A stretch of 64,000 nucleotides of DNA, from assembly GCA_027593235.1 (NCBI GenBank), contig JAQCIU010000014.1, forward strand, positions 12,581 through 76,580, in the 5' to 3' direction. This DNA is from Chloroflexota bacterium (lineage in GTDB: Bacteria > Chloroflexota > Dehalococcoidia > UBA2979). This document shows positions 31,443 to 40,808 of this stretch, in pieces. The number at the start of each line of letters is the position of its first letter. Position 1 is the stretch's first letter. The position numbers and the translations under genes are program-made. A model generated the notes under the pieces. The model saw only the letters and a program-made list of their open reading frames with translations, was not told the DNA's origin and made no database searches.

Positions 31443-32588
31443 CTAGTGCGCACCCTCTTCACCGTGGTCGTCACCGTGATGCGATACCGCCGTCACCGCG
31501 AAGACCAGTGTGAGGATGGCGAACACGAACGCTTGAATCAGGCCGACGAAGAGCTCCAGCCCGTAGAAGACGTCCACCAGTACGAATGGCACCAGGAACG
31601 TCATCATCAGCAGCAGCACCTCGCCGGCGAAGATATTGCCGAAGAGTCGGAAGGTGAACGACACCATCCGCGACAGCTCGGAGACGAACTCGAGGATCCC
31701 GACGAAGACGTCGATGACACCACCGAGGATGTCGCCCTTGAGAAGTTTCCCGAAGCTGAAGAACTTCGTGAGGTAGCCGACGCCCAGCGTCTGCAGGCCC
31801 CAGAACTCCACGAAGATGAAGGAGAAGATCGCGATCGCGAGCGGCGCGTTCACGTCGGTCATGACGGAGCGGAAGTAGGGGGCGACCAGGCCGGAGAAGC
31901 CGGTCACCGTGGCGCCCTCGGACGGGGCGGCAGCCTCTGTCGCGGCGTTGAACTGGTCGGTCGCGGCGGGCGGGTTACTGGAAACGACGGCGAGCGAGCC
32001 AAACGCGGACGAGTGGCTGTCGGCTGCGCCTTCCTCGGCGTGGCCGAACTCGATCTTCGTGCCGTCGCTGTACTCGACGTACGCGACCTCCCCAGAACCA
32101 ACGTCCACCTGCCCCGGCTTGAACGGGATATACGCGACGTCGATACCGGCAACGGTCCGCTGGCCCATCACGGCCTGCTTGTCGCCGAAGTTCGGCTCCG
32201 TCAGGCCGATCACGTTGTTGATTGGCAGCAGGCCGAAGTAGTTGGAGGTGAGGATGAAGAAGAAGATCGTCGCGACCAGCGGGAAGAAGCGCCGCCCGTT
32301 CTTCTCGCCCGCGACCTGGACCACAAGGTTGTAGAACACCTCGACGCCGGCCTCGACCGCGCCGCTGAATCCGCTCGGCACCACGGACAGGCGCGGGCCG
32401 ACGATCAGGGCCATCAGGATGAGGAACAGGACCACGAACCAGGACGTGAACATCGTGTTCGTGACGTCCAGCGGGCCCCAGTGGAACACGGTCTCAGGGG
32501 CGACGATGATCGCCGGTGACGCGCCACCCACGAAAAGGACGCCTACGGCGATCAGCGCGATGGCGGCGACGGCAATCAACCACTTCAT
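31443..32588 (-). CDS. atpB: ATP synthase a subunit with large insertion
   Basis: SFTFRLFGNIFAGE, LELFVGLIQAFVF. Confidence 0.95.
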   Translation of the reverse strand: MKWLIAVAAIALIAVGVLFVGGASPAIIVAPETVFHWGPLDVTNTMFTSWFVVLFLILMALIVGPRLSVVPSGFSGAVEAGVEVFYNLVVQVAGEKNGRRFFPLVATIFFFILTSNYFGLLPINNVIGLTEPNFGDKQAVMGQRTVAGIDVAYIPFKPGQVDVGSGEVAYVEYSDGTKIEFGHAEEGAADSHSSAFGSLAVVSSNPPAATDQFNAATEAAAPSEGATVTGFSGLVAPYFRSVMTDVNAPLAIAIFSFIFVEFWGLQTLGVGYLTKFFSFGKLLKGDILGGVIDVFVGILEFVSELSRMVSFTFRLFGNIFAGEVLLLMMTFLVPFVLVDVFYGLELFVGLIQAFVFAILTLVFAVTAVSHHGDDHGEEGAH

Positions 32589-32648
32589 GCGTTACGCCCC
32601 CGGCAGCCCCGAGCCGTTGAACAGACGAACGGCGTCATCGTCTGGCGG

Positions 32649-32861
32649 CTAGGAGCCGTCAGACTGTCGGATGACATCACGTAGTCGTCGATAGGCTTCA
32701 AAAAACCCCGCCATCAGTCCAAGCAGCAGAAACACCAGCGTCCAGAGCGGATCGGTCCCGAAGCGCTGATCGAGCCAGTGACCGAACAGCGTCGACCCTA
32801 CGATCAGCACCGCGAGCGTCGTTCCGATCCCCACCAGGGCGAACGCTGGCGAATTCATCAT
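32649..32861 (-). CDS. AtpZ/AtpI-family small membrane protein
   Basis: G.WLD..FGT.P two-TM pattern; first gene of the atp operon. Confidence 0.8.
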   Translation of the reverse strand: MMNSPAFALVGIGTTLAVLIVGSTLFGHWLDQRFGTDPLWTLVFLLLGLMAGFFEAYRRLRDVIRQSDGS

Positions 32862-32930
32862 CAGCCCGACCCCAACGAGTGGAGCAGGACCAGCGGGACG
32901 GTAGCACGGGTGATCAAGTCGATCAACCGA

Positions 32931-32948
32931 TTGTGACTTGGTGCACGA
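32931..32948. promoter_or_regulatory. candidate Rex operator upstream of the atp operon
   Basis: TTGTGACTTGGTGCACGA vs Rex consensus TTGTGAANNNNTTCACAA; CATAAT -10-like box on the minus strand at 32957-32962. Confidence 0.5.
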
Positions 32949-32996
32949 TCGGACGGATTATGGACACGCCCGGCGAACTCACTGACACTGTTGTGA

Positions 32997-33533
32997 CTAT
33001 TCGCCGCGGTTCCCGAGGTCGTCCAAGTCCAGGCCCGAGACGAAGTCGCGAAAGACGGACAGCTTCTCCAGCTCCTCGGCGGTCGCGGGGCGCGCCACCT
33101 CGGCGCCGGCGCCCTCGATCGGCTGGCCCTCGTCGTCCAGCACCACACCGGCGCGCTCCAGCACGTCGTCCACGACGTAGATCGGGACCTCCGCGCGGAC
33201 CGCCAGCGCGATCGCGTCCGAGGGACGCGAATCGATCTCGAGGGTCACGCCGTCGCGTTCGATCCGGATCTGGGCGAAGAACGTGTCGTCCTTCAGATCG
33301 TTGACGACCACGGAGACGACGGTGCCGCCCAGTTCCTTGATCAGGTTGCTCAGCAGGTCATGGGTCTGCGGGCGAGGAACGGACACGTCCTGGAGGCGGA
33401 ACGCGATCGCGTCCGCGACATCCGCGCCGATCCAGATCGGGAGGTAGCGATCAGCGTCCTTCTCTTTGAGGACGACCACTCGCCGATAGTGTCGAAGGCC
33501 AACGCGGATGCTATCGATCACGAGTTCGATCAA
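32997..33533 (-). CDS. bifunctional nuclease family (DUF151) protein
   Basis: LPIWIG, PRPQTHDL, IDSRPSDAIALA; TTG at 33533 after GAGGAG. Confidence 0.9.
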   Translation of the reverse strand: MIELVIDSIRVGLRHYRRVVVLKEKDADRYLPIWIGADVADAIAFRLQDVSVPRPQTHDLLSNLIKELGGTVVSVVVNDLKDDTFFAQIRIERDGVTLEIDSRPSDAIALAVRAEVPIYVVDDVLERAGVVLDDEGQPIEGAGAEVARPATAEELEKLSVFRDFVSGLDLDDLGNRGE

Positions 33534-33626
33534 GCGTCGCTCCTCGGCGGGTCGCGCGGCGACCTCAGCGGATCGAGTGTAGGAGTCGCCTGTTCGGGCG
33601 GTCAACGAATGTCCGAGATGGCCGGA

Positions 33627-33887
33627 TCAGCGATCTCCCGGATCGGGCGACGGAACCTCACTCCCGAAGAGCGCCGCCTCGATCGCCGGGTCGATCGGTG
33701 CGCCCCGTTCCAGCAGTGCTTTCGCCCGCCGGTGCAGGGTGGGGCGGTCCATCAGGATCCGCCGTTCGCACCCGTTGCAGCGCAGGCCGATGTCCGCGCC
33801 GACGCGCACTACGGTCCATGCGTGCGCGCCACACGGATGCGCCTTGCGCATCTCGATCACGTCGCCCATGCGCACATCGAGGGCCAT
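33627..33887 (-). CDS. DUF951 family protein
   Basis: GD...MRK.HPCG..W...RVGADI...C..C. Confidence 0.85.
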   Translation of the reverse strand: MALDVRMGDVIEMRKAHPCGAHAWTVVRVGADIGLRCNGCERRILMDRPTLHRRAKALLERGAPIDPAIEAALFGSEVPSPDPGDR

Positions 33888-33905
33888 CAGCGGGTGAGGG
33901 CGCGC

Positions 33906-34754
33906 CTAGCGCGCTGCATTGATCGCGTCGCGCAGCACGCGTGCAGCGTCGTACGCGGCCTCGGCCCAGCCGCCCACCGCGCAGCCGTTCTTGAACGGCT
34001 GCGCGTACAGCACGCCGCGCGATGCGTTGACCAGCACGCCGCGTCCGTTCGCGTCGATCGCCGCGCCGACGGCGGCGTTGATGTCGCCCTGCTGGGCGCC
34101 GACGCCCGGCAGCAGCATGAGCTGGTCCGGGCAGATCGCCCGCACCCGCGCCGCCTCTTCGGGGTAGGTCGCGCCGACTACCAGGCCGACGTTGCCCTTC
34201 ACGTTCCAACCTCGGGACAGTTCGGCGACGCGCTCGTAGAGGCGCACGTCGCCGGCCATCATGTCCTGCAGATCGCCGGCGCTCGGGTTCGAGGTGCGGC
34301 AGAGCACGAAGACGTGGCGATCCTCGTAGGCGAGGAACGGCTCGAGTGCATCGATGCCCAGGTAGGGGTTGAGCGTGACGGCGTCGACCCCGACCCAGTC
34401 GTACAGCGCGCTGGCGTAGGCGGCGGCAGTGTGACCAACATCGCCGCGCTTCGCGTCCAGCAGTACCGGGATGTGATCCGGCACCGCGGCTACCACCTCG
34501 CGGAGGATGCGCCAGCCCTCGTCGCCGTACTGCTCGAAGAACGCGGCGTTCGGCTTGTAGGCGCAGACCAGCTTCGAGGTGGCTTCGATGACGCCGATCA
34601 GGAAGTCGCGGACGCTGACCCCGGCGGGGATGCGATCCGGGTCCGGATCGAGGCCGACGCAGAGGAGCGAGTTGTTCGCCTCGACCGCGCCGTCCAGCCG
34701 CTCGCGGAAACGCCCGGCGATTCGTGTACTCGGGCGTGCCTCGGTTGTCGTCAT
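33906..34754 (-). CDS. pyrF: orotidine-5'-phosphate decarboxylase
   Basis: CVGLDP, YKPN.AFF, LDAKRGDVG.T, PGVGAQ, NASR. Confidence 0.93.
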   Translation of the reverse strand: MTTTEARPSTRIAGRFRERLDGAVEANNSLLCVGLDPDPDRIPAGVSVRDFLIGVIEATSKLVCAYKPNAAFFEQYGDEGWRILREVVAAVPDHIPVLLDAKRGDVGHTAAAYASALYDWVGVDAVTLNPYLGIDALEPFLAYEDRHVFVLCRTSNPSAGDLQDMMAGDVRLYERVAELSRGWNVKGNVGLVVGATYPEEAARVRAICPDQLMLLPGVGAQQGDINAAVGAAIDANGRGVLVNASRGVLYAQPFKNGCAVGGWAEAAYDAARVLRDAINAAR

Positions 34755-34756
34755 GC

Positions 34757-35575
34757 TCAGCTCCCCACCGTTGCCAGGCGTCGCCGGATATTGGCGAGCG
34801 CCGGCAGTGTCTCTCCAACGTCGCGCAGGCAGTCCACGGCGGCTGCGAATGCGCGACGGTCACCTGTCACATCGTAATCCACCGGGCGCACAGCGCCCGC
34901 TGTCACGTGCTGCGCGACGCCCTCGAGGACGGCGAGCGTGCGTCGTGCGACCGCGTCCGCCGCATCGATGATCGCCACGTGCTCCGGGAGCAGCGTGCGC
35001 AACGGCGCGGCGACGAAGCCGTAATGCGTGCAGCCGAGGGCGACCGCGTCAGCGCCGAGGGCGATCGGTTCACGGATCGCCTGCTCCAGCATCGCCAGCA
35101 CCTGCGGATCGCGGGCACGCCCCGCCTCGATCAGATCGGCGAGGCCGGGCATCGGCACGGTGTGCACGGTCACGCCAACGGCGTGATCGGCCTCGAGGCG
35201 CGCGAAGCGCTCACCGGCGGCGGTGCCGGCGGTCGCGAGCACGATTACGCGTCGGCTTTTCGTCTGTTCTGCGGCGGGTTTGAGCGGCGGCTCCATGCCG
35301 ATCACCGGCACGGGCAGCTCCGCGCGCAGCCGTTCGAGGGCGGCGGAGGTGGCGGTGTTGCAGGCGACGACCAGCGCGGTGCAACCGCGATCGACGAGCG
35401 ACTGGCCGACTACGAGGACGCGTGCTTCCAGTTCGGCAGGGGACTGCCCGCCGTAGGGGAAACAGGCGGTGTCGCCGAGATAGAGGATGGGCAGCGCGGG
35501 GGCGCGGGCACGGAGCGCGCGGGCAACGGTCAGGCCGCCAAGACCGGAATCGAAGATACCGACATGGGCGAGCAC
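34757..35575 (-). CDS. murI: glutamate racemase
   Basis: GIFDSGLGGLTV, PYG, ACNTAT, LGCTHY; start 35575 (35608 alternative). Confidence 0.93.
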   Translation of the reverse strand: MLAHVGIFDSGLGGLTVARALRARAPALPILYLGDTACFPYGGQSPAELEARVLVVGQSLVDRGCTALVVACNTATSAALERLRAELPVPVIGMEPPLKPAAEQTKSRRVIVLATAGTAAGERFARLEADHAVGVTVHTVPMPGLADLIEAGRARDPQVLAMLEQAIREPIALGADAVALGCTHYGFVAAPLRTLLPEHVAIIDAADAVARRTLAVLEGVAQHVTAGAVRPVDYDVTGDRRAFAAAVDCLRDVGETLPALANIRRRLATVGS

Positions 35576-35703
35576 GGCCAGCTCCACCTCCGGTGGGGGC
35601 GCAGACACCTCCAGCCACGTTACCAGAGCGTCCTCGCACGGCAGCAGGTCACATTCCCCGGTCCCTGTTCGGAGTGGGAACCGCCCGCTACGATCAGGAG
35701 GCC

Positions 35704-35725
35704 CTGACGTTTACGTGCACGTGAA
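35704..35725. promoter_or_regulatory. overlapping palindromic operator candidate
   Basis: CTGACGTTTACGTGCACGTGAA: three ACGT units at 6-nt period, just upstream of the P450 start. Confidence 0.5.
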
Positions 35726-35733
35726 TCACGGAT

Positions 35734-36945
35734 GTGGTGACGGTGGCAACGTTTGATCCGTTCCGCGCGTCCTACCTCGACAATCCGTACCCGTCGCTGG
35801 CCCGCTTGCGGGTGGAGGATCCGGTCCACCGCTCCAGCCTGATCGAGGGCTGGGTGGTCTCCAGACACAGCGACGCGCGCGATCTGCTGCGCGACAACGT
35901 GCACTTCAGTAACGACCCAACGACCGCATCCGCCGGGCTGGGCACGCACGTCGCGGAGAGCCGACGGCGCTCGCCGATCGGCCATGCGCCACTGCTCGGC
36001 AGCTCCGATCCGCCCGTGCACACGCGGCTGCGATCGATCGTCTCGAAGCTCTTCACCCCGCGAATTGTCGAGGCCGCCCGACCGCGCATCCGCGCGATCA
36101 TCGAGGAGCTGATCGAAGCCGTGGAGGCGGAGCCGCGCACCGATTTCATGGCGTCGTTCGCACAGCCGCTGCCGGTGTACATCGTCGGCGCGCTGCTCGG
36201 CCTCAGTTCCGAGGAGCAAGGCCCCGTCCGCGAATGGACGCGCGCGCTGATGCGCGTGGTCGGTGGCGGCGAGCTGCCGCCCTCGGCGTACCGCGAAGCC
36301 GATGTCGCGTCGAAGGAACTCCGCGCGTTCCTCGATCGCTACTCCGACACGCACGAGGGCGGCACGATCCTCTCCGAGATCGTGGCGGCGCAGGCCAACC
36401 CGGATCGGCTGTCGCCGGACGAGGCCGTCGCCTTCGTCACGTTCCTCTACCAGGCCGGCGGCGGCCCGACCGCGATGATGCTCGGCAACGTGATGCTCGC
36501 GCTGTTGAGCCACCCCGATCAGTGGCAACGGCTGCGCGACGATCCGACGCTGGCGCGCTCCGCGCTGATCGAATCGTTGCGCTGGGACAGCGCGACGCAC
36601 CTGCTGCTCCGCTTCGCGCTCGAAGAAACGACGATCGGGCGCCGGACCGTCGCTCCCGGCGAAACGGTGTTCGCGCATGTCGTCGCGGCGCACCGCGACC
36701 CCGAGGTCTTCACGGACCACGATCGCTTCGACATCACGCGCGGCGTCGACACCGGCGACATCCTCTCCTTCGGGATCGGACCGCACTTCTGCCTCGGCCA
36801 GCCGCTGGCGTTGATCCAGGGTGAGGAGCTACTGTAGGTGATCGTCGAACGGCTGCCCGCGATCGCGCTGCCGCGCGACGGGCTGACGAGGGCACAAGAG
36901 CTGCTGCTGCGCGGCCCCGCGCGCCTCGAATTGACGTTGCGCTAG
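35734..36945 (+). pseudogene. cytochrome P450 interrupted by in-frame TAG at 36835-36837
   Basis: DPPVHTRLR, ESLR (ExxR), SFGIGPHFCLG heme motif; frame continues VIVERLPAIAL..LRGPARLELTLR to TAG 36943-36945, abutting the next ATG. Confidence 0.82.
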
Positions 36946-37704
36946 ATGCGCGTCGACGTCGCAATCGTCCCGCCCACGGAGGCGCCGCGCGATCAGACAT
37001 GCCTGGTCGTCGACGTGTTGCGTGCGACCTCGGTGCTCGCGGTGCTGCTGGAGCGGGGCATCGAGGCGATCTACCCGACCGCGACGATCGAGGACGGACT
37101 GGCGCTACGCGCGACGCTCGTCGCCGAGGGCAACCGGGTCTTCCTACTCGGGGAACGGGACAGCCTCCCGCCCGCGGGCTTCGACGCCGGCAACTCCCCG
37201 ACCGCCCTCGAGCGTGCCGAGCTGCGGGGACTGATCGCGGTCCAGGCCACCTCGAACGGAACGCCCGCGCTGCTTGCGTGCGTCGGTGCGCCACTGGTGA
37301 TGCCGGCGGCCGTCCTCAACGCAGCGGCGGTGACCGACGCGGCGATCGCGGCCGACCGCGACGTGCTGATCGTCTGCGCCGGGCTGCGTGGCGGCTTCGG
37401 CGAAGACGACGTGCTGGCCGCCGGGCTGCTCGCGAATCGGCTGGTCGCGGCGGGCGCCACCCCAGGAGGACCGGAGGCCCGTGACGCCCTCGCGCGTTAC
37501 GCCGTCGCTCGCGCGGATCTCGCAGCCGCGTTCCGGCTGACCGAGCACGGCGCGATCACCGTCGAGCGTGGCTTCGACGACGACATCGTGCTTTGCGCGA
37601 CAGCGGACCGGTACCACGGCGTGGCGGCGCTCGGCGAAGAGGCCGGTCGGCCGGTGCTTCGCCCGATCGCCCCGAACGCCGCGAAGACGCCGGGCGCGCG
37701 CTAG
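36946..37704 (+). CDS. comB: 2-phosphosulfolactate phosphatase family
   Basis: VDVLRATS, GER..GFDAGNSP, TSNGT, EDD..AG. Confidence 0.85.
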   Translation: MRVDVAIVPPTEAPRDQTCLVVDVLRATSVLAVLLERGIEAIYPTATIEDGLALRATLVAEGNRVFLLGERDSLPPAGFDAGNSPTALERAELRGLIAVQATSNGTPALLACVGAPLVMPAAVLNAAAVTDAAIAADRDVLIVCAGLRGGFGEDDVLAAGLLANRLVAAGATPGGPEARDALARYAVARADLAAAFRLTEHGAITVERGFDDDIVLCATADRYHGVAALGEEAGRPVLRPIAPNAAKTPGAR

Positions 37705-37746
37705 CACGCTGCCAACGCCGGACCACGGGTTGAGGTCGAGCCTGGA

Positions 37747-39468
37747 CTAGAGCTGGGTTGGCGTGCCCGCGGCGCCGCTCGGGCCACCTGGCCCGCCGCC
37801 GGAACGCATCCGCTTGTAAGTCTCGCGCCCACGCTTCACACGCTGCGCGAACTCGTCGGCGGGATCGACCGGACGTGGCACGCGCGGCGGGCGAATCTGT
37901 TCCAGTTGATCGCGGAGCTCCTCGGACGGCGGGTGCGACTTCTCCCATTCCGCCAGCTCGGCGGCCCAGCGGCGCACCTGATCGGGATCGGCCTCGTGGC
38001 CGCCGTATCGCGCGGCATCGAAGGCCTCGGCGATCTCGCGGAAGACCGGCGCCTCGAGCACGATCCCAGAGGCGGTCGAGTATTCCAACGGCGTCTCGGA
38101 GCGGCGCCGTTCGAATCCGCGATCCTCCGCGTCAACGACGCTGCGGCCGTAGACGCCGTAGATCGGGCGCAGCGCGAACCAGCCCTCGTGAGCGCCGCCG
38201 TGCCCGCGACGGATCAGGTTGCGCAGCAGGCCACCGAGGCCGGAGCCACCGCCGGAGTCGCTACGGAACTCGTCGAACTCGTCCTCCGGCGTGCTGTCGC
38301 GGCGATCGAGGAGCGCGCGACCACCACGGTAGGACAGCCAGACGAGGGCCACGAAGATCAGCACCTTCAGCACGTCGAGCGGCCAGCGCGGGAGGATGAA
38401 GTCGTCCTGCTCTTGCCCCTCCGCAAGGTTCTCGGGCTCGATAAAGTTCTGCGGCACCTCGAGGTCCAACAGCCGCTCGGCCAGCGCGTCCGGGATCAGG
38501 AAGTCGATGATCGGCACGAGGATCCAGAAGATCGGTGTGAGGATGATGATCAGCAGCCACTCGACGATCCCGCCGATCGAATCGCCAACGAACGCGATGA
38601 ACCGCGTCACATCGAGCAAAGCGAGCAGGCCGAAGGACACCGCGATCACACCGAGCAACAACAGCGTCGCGGTGACCGAGACGCCCCAGGCGCCGAGTCG
38701 TTCGCGGCCCTCGGCGGGGAGTGCGGCCCGCTCACCATTCGCGACGGCGAGCGCCAGCAGGCCAAGCATGAAGTACGGCACGGAGTAGACCGCGAGCTGG
38801 CCAACGTCGTTCAGCCGCGCCAGTACCAGCGAGCCGAGGATGATCGCGAAGCCGATGCCAAACGATCGCAGCACGTGCTCGAAACGCACGATGCGACGCC
38901 CGGCGTAGAGGAAGCGCAGCCAGGCCGCGAGCATCCCGACGAAGGTCATCACGATCGCGGTCCCGCCGCCGATCACCACGCCACCGCGATCGACGACCGC
39001 CTGGAAGTTGGCGCCGCTGGAGACGTAGGACTGCGGGTCATCGAGGAAGCTGGCGAGCCCCTGGTTCTGCCAGACGAGCAGGTCCTGCGCGAAGGTGACG
39101 TGCAGGAGCACGTTCAGGCCGATCACGGACGCCAGTACCAGTGCGATCGCGCCCAGCGTGCCGCCCAGCTTGAGCTGGACCAGACCGCGCATCAGCCAGA
39201 AGCCGCCGAACCCCGCCAGCATCACCACCCAGATGCTGGGACCGGCGGTCGCCGACTCCGCTCGCGAGGCGAGAAGCTGGACCACCTCCCGCGCGCGATC
39301 GGGGTCGCTGAAGTCGCCAGCGGCGTTCCGGAAGCTCAGCTCGCGCGAGAGCTGCCTGAGGTAACCGCGTTCGCCAATCGTCGCGACAACGGTGATCGCG
39401 ACGAACCAGGCGATCGTCTCCATCGCCACGTAGAGCGTGTCCAGCAGGTTCCGCTGCCAGTTGGTCAT
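37747..39468 (-). CDS. multi-pass membrane protein with C-terminal DUF4129-like domain
   Basis: many TM helices; G..R..SETPLEY..F..ARYG; third gene of the MoxR operon. Confidence 0.72.
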   Translation of the reverse strand: MTNWQRNLLDTLYVAMETIAWFVAITVVATIGERGYLRQLSRELSFRNAAGDFSDPDRAREVVQLLASRAESATAGPSIWVVMLAGFGGFWLMRGLVQLKLGGTLGAIALVLASVIGLNVLLHVTFAQDLLVWQNQGLASFLDDPQSYVSSGANFQAVVDRGGVVIGGGTAIVMTFVGMLAAWLRFLYAGRRIVRFEHVLRSFGIGFAIILGSLVLARLNDVGQLAVYSVPYFMLGLLALAVANGERAALPAEGRERLGAWGVSVTATLLLLGVIAVSFGLLALLDVTRFIAFVGDSIGGIVEWLLIIILTPIFWILVPIIDFLIPDALAERLLDLEVPQNFIEPENLAEGQEQDDFILPRWPLDVLKVLIFVALVWLSYRGGRALLDRRDSTPEDEFDEFRSDSGGGSGLGGLLRNLIRRGHGGAHEGWFALRPIYGVYGRSVVDAEDRGFERRRSETPLEYSTASGIVLEAPVFREIAEAFDAARYGGHEADPDQVRRWAAELAEWEKSHPPSEELRDQLEQIRPPRVPRPVDPADEFAQRVKRGRETYKRMRSGGGPGGPSGAAGTPTQL

Positions 39469-40796
39469 GTCGCCGCTTCCGTCCGCTCGCGGGCCGGTCC
39501 AGCGGCCGGTTCGGGCGTCGGATCGGGGCGGTCGCCGGCGAGCACGGTGGTGGTGAGATCACCCAGTTCGCGCGCCAGCGCCGCCTCAAGCTCCTCCATC
39601 TGGGCGGCGACCTCGGAGACCGGGATGCGGCCAAGGGCGGCGTCCCACGGAGCTTCGGAGGTCTTCACGATGTGCACGAAGTGGCCCTCACGACGGAGCC
39701 GGTGCAGCGTGGCGACCAGCTCCTCCGGCATCACGGCGGCGACGACCACCACCGTCGAGCCGGCGGGCAGCGCCCCCGTCGAGGCGCCCTCCAGTTCGCG
39801 CGCGAGGCTAGAGATCGTGAAGGCGCTGACCGCGGCAAGCGCCTCCAGCACCCTGTTCAGTCGATCCGGGTGCCGCCCCACGCCGAGGCGAATCGGGCGC
39901 CCCTGCCCGGGGAAGGCGCCGTTCGCGATCACGCCGACGGCGAGATCGGCCTCGTAGGCCCAGCGCGCCACCGAGGCGGCGACGGAGATGCCACGTTCGA
40001 GGACGATCGGATCGCTGCCCTGCCAGCTCCGCGCAAAGGTGCCGACGTTGAGCGCGACGACGATCGCCTGCGCGCGCGAGGGTTCGTACAACCTCGATTG
40101 GAGGCGCTGCACGCGGGCGGTGGCGTTCCAATCGATCCGCTTCATCGGGTCGCCGGGTTGGTAGTCACGGACGCCGACCACCCGCGAGGGATCCTCGTAA
40201 ATGCGATTGCCCCCACGCAGCTCGCCGAAGGGACGGGCGCTGTCCAGGCCCAGCTCCGGCAGCGCGTAGGTCTGCGGGTACACCACCAGCGTCGTCGCCG
40301 GGATCTCCGGCGTCAGTTCCCGTTCGAAGAAGCCGAAGATGTCGCCGGAGCGCAGCCGGGTCGGCCCGATCCGGTAGTAGCCCCGCTTGGTCGCCTGCAC
40401 CTCGACGGGCCATTCCAGGTGATCGTGACGGCCGAGGGCGGTGTTGCGCTGGAGGATGCTGACACCCGGAGTGCCGCCAGCGAAGGTGCGGCCGCGCGTC
40501 ACCACCAGATCGCGCGGGAGTTGCTCACGCACCTCGATCCAGGGGACCGGGAACGCCTTGCGGTTCGCCAGGCGGATCGTGAGCACGGCCTTTTCGCCGA
40601 CGAAGAGGCGGTGCTCGGAGATCTCGCGTTCGTAGTGCACGTCCTCGAGCGAGATGCGTGCCCAGAGACGGCCGGCGGTGCTGCTTCCCAGCACGAGCAT
40701 CCCGAGGATGATCACGACGGGCGAACTCGTGAGCAGCCCCACGCCGATCAGGATGGAGGATCCGAGCAGCCAGCTATCGTCGACGAGGGTCCGCAT
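39465..40796 (-). CDS. DUF58 domain protein
   Basis: GVRDYQPGDPMKRIDWNATAR; follows moxR. Confidence 0.88.
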   Translation of the reverse strand: MRTLVDDSWLLGSSILIGVGLLTSSPVVIILGMLVLGSSTAGRLWARISLEDVHYEREISEHRLFVGEKAVLTIRLANRKAFPVPWIEVREQLPRDLVVTRGRTFAGGTPGVSILQRNTALGRHDHLEWPVEVQATKRGYYRIGPTRLRSGDIFGFFERELTPEIPATTLVVYPQTYALPELGLDSARPFGELRGGNRIYEDPSRVVGVRDYQPGDPMKRIDWNATARVQRLQSRLYEPSRAQAIVVALNVGTFARSWQGSDPIVLERGISVAASVARWAYEADLAVGVIANGAFPGQGRPIRLGVGRHPDRLNRVLEALAAVSAFTISSLARELEGASTGALPAGSTVVVVAAVMPEELVATLHRLRREGHFVHIVKTSEAPWDAALGRIPVSEVAAQMEELEAALARELGDLTTTVLAGDRPDPTPEPAAGPARERTEAAT

Positions 40797-40808
40797 TGGC
40801 GGCCGGTC

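Noticed and set aside
36946-37704. Coenzyme M biosynthesis from comB
   Set aside because: ComB-family phosphatases are widespread in bacteria and no comA/C/D/E is in the window.
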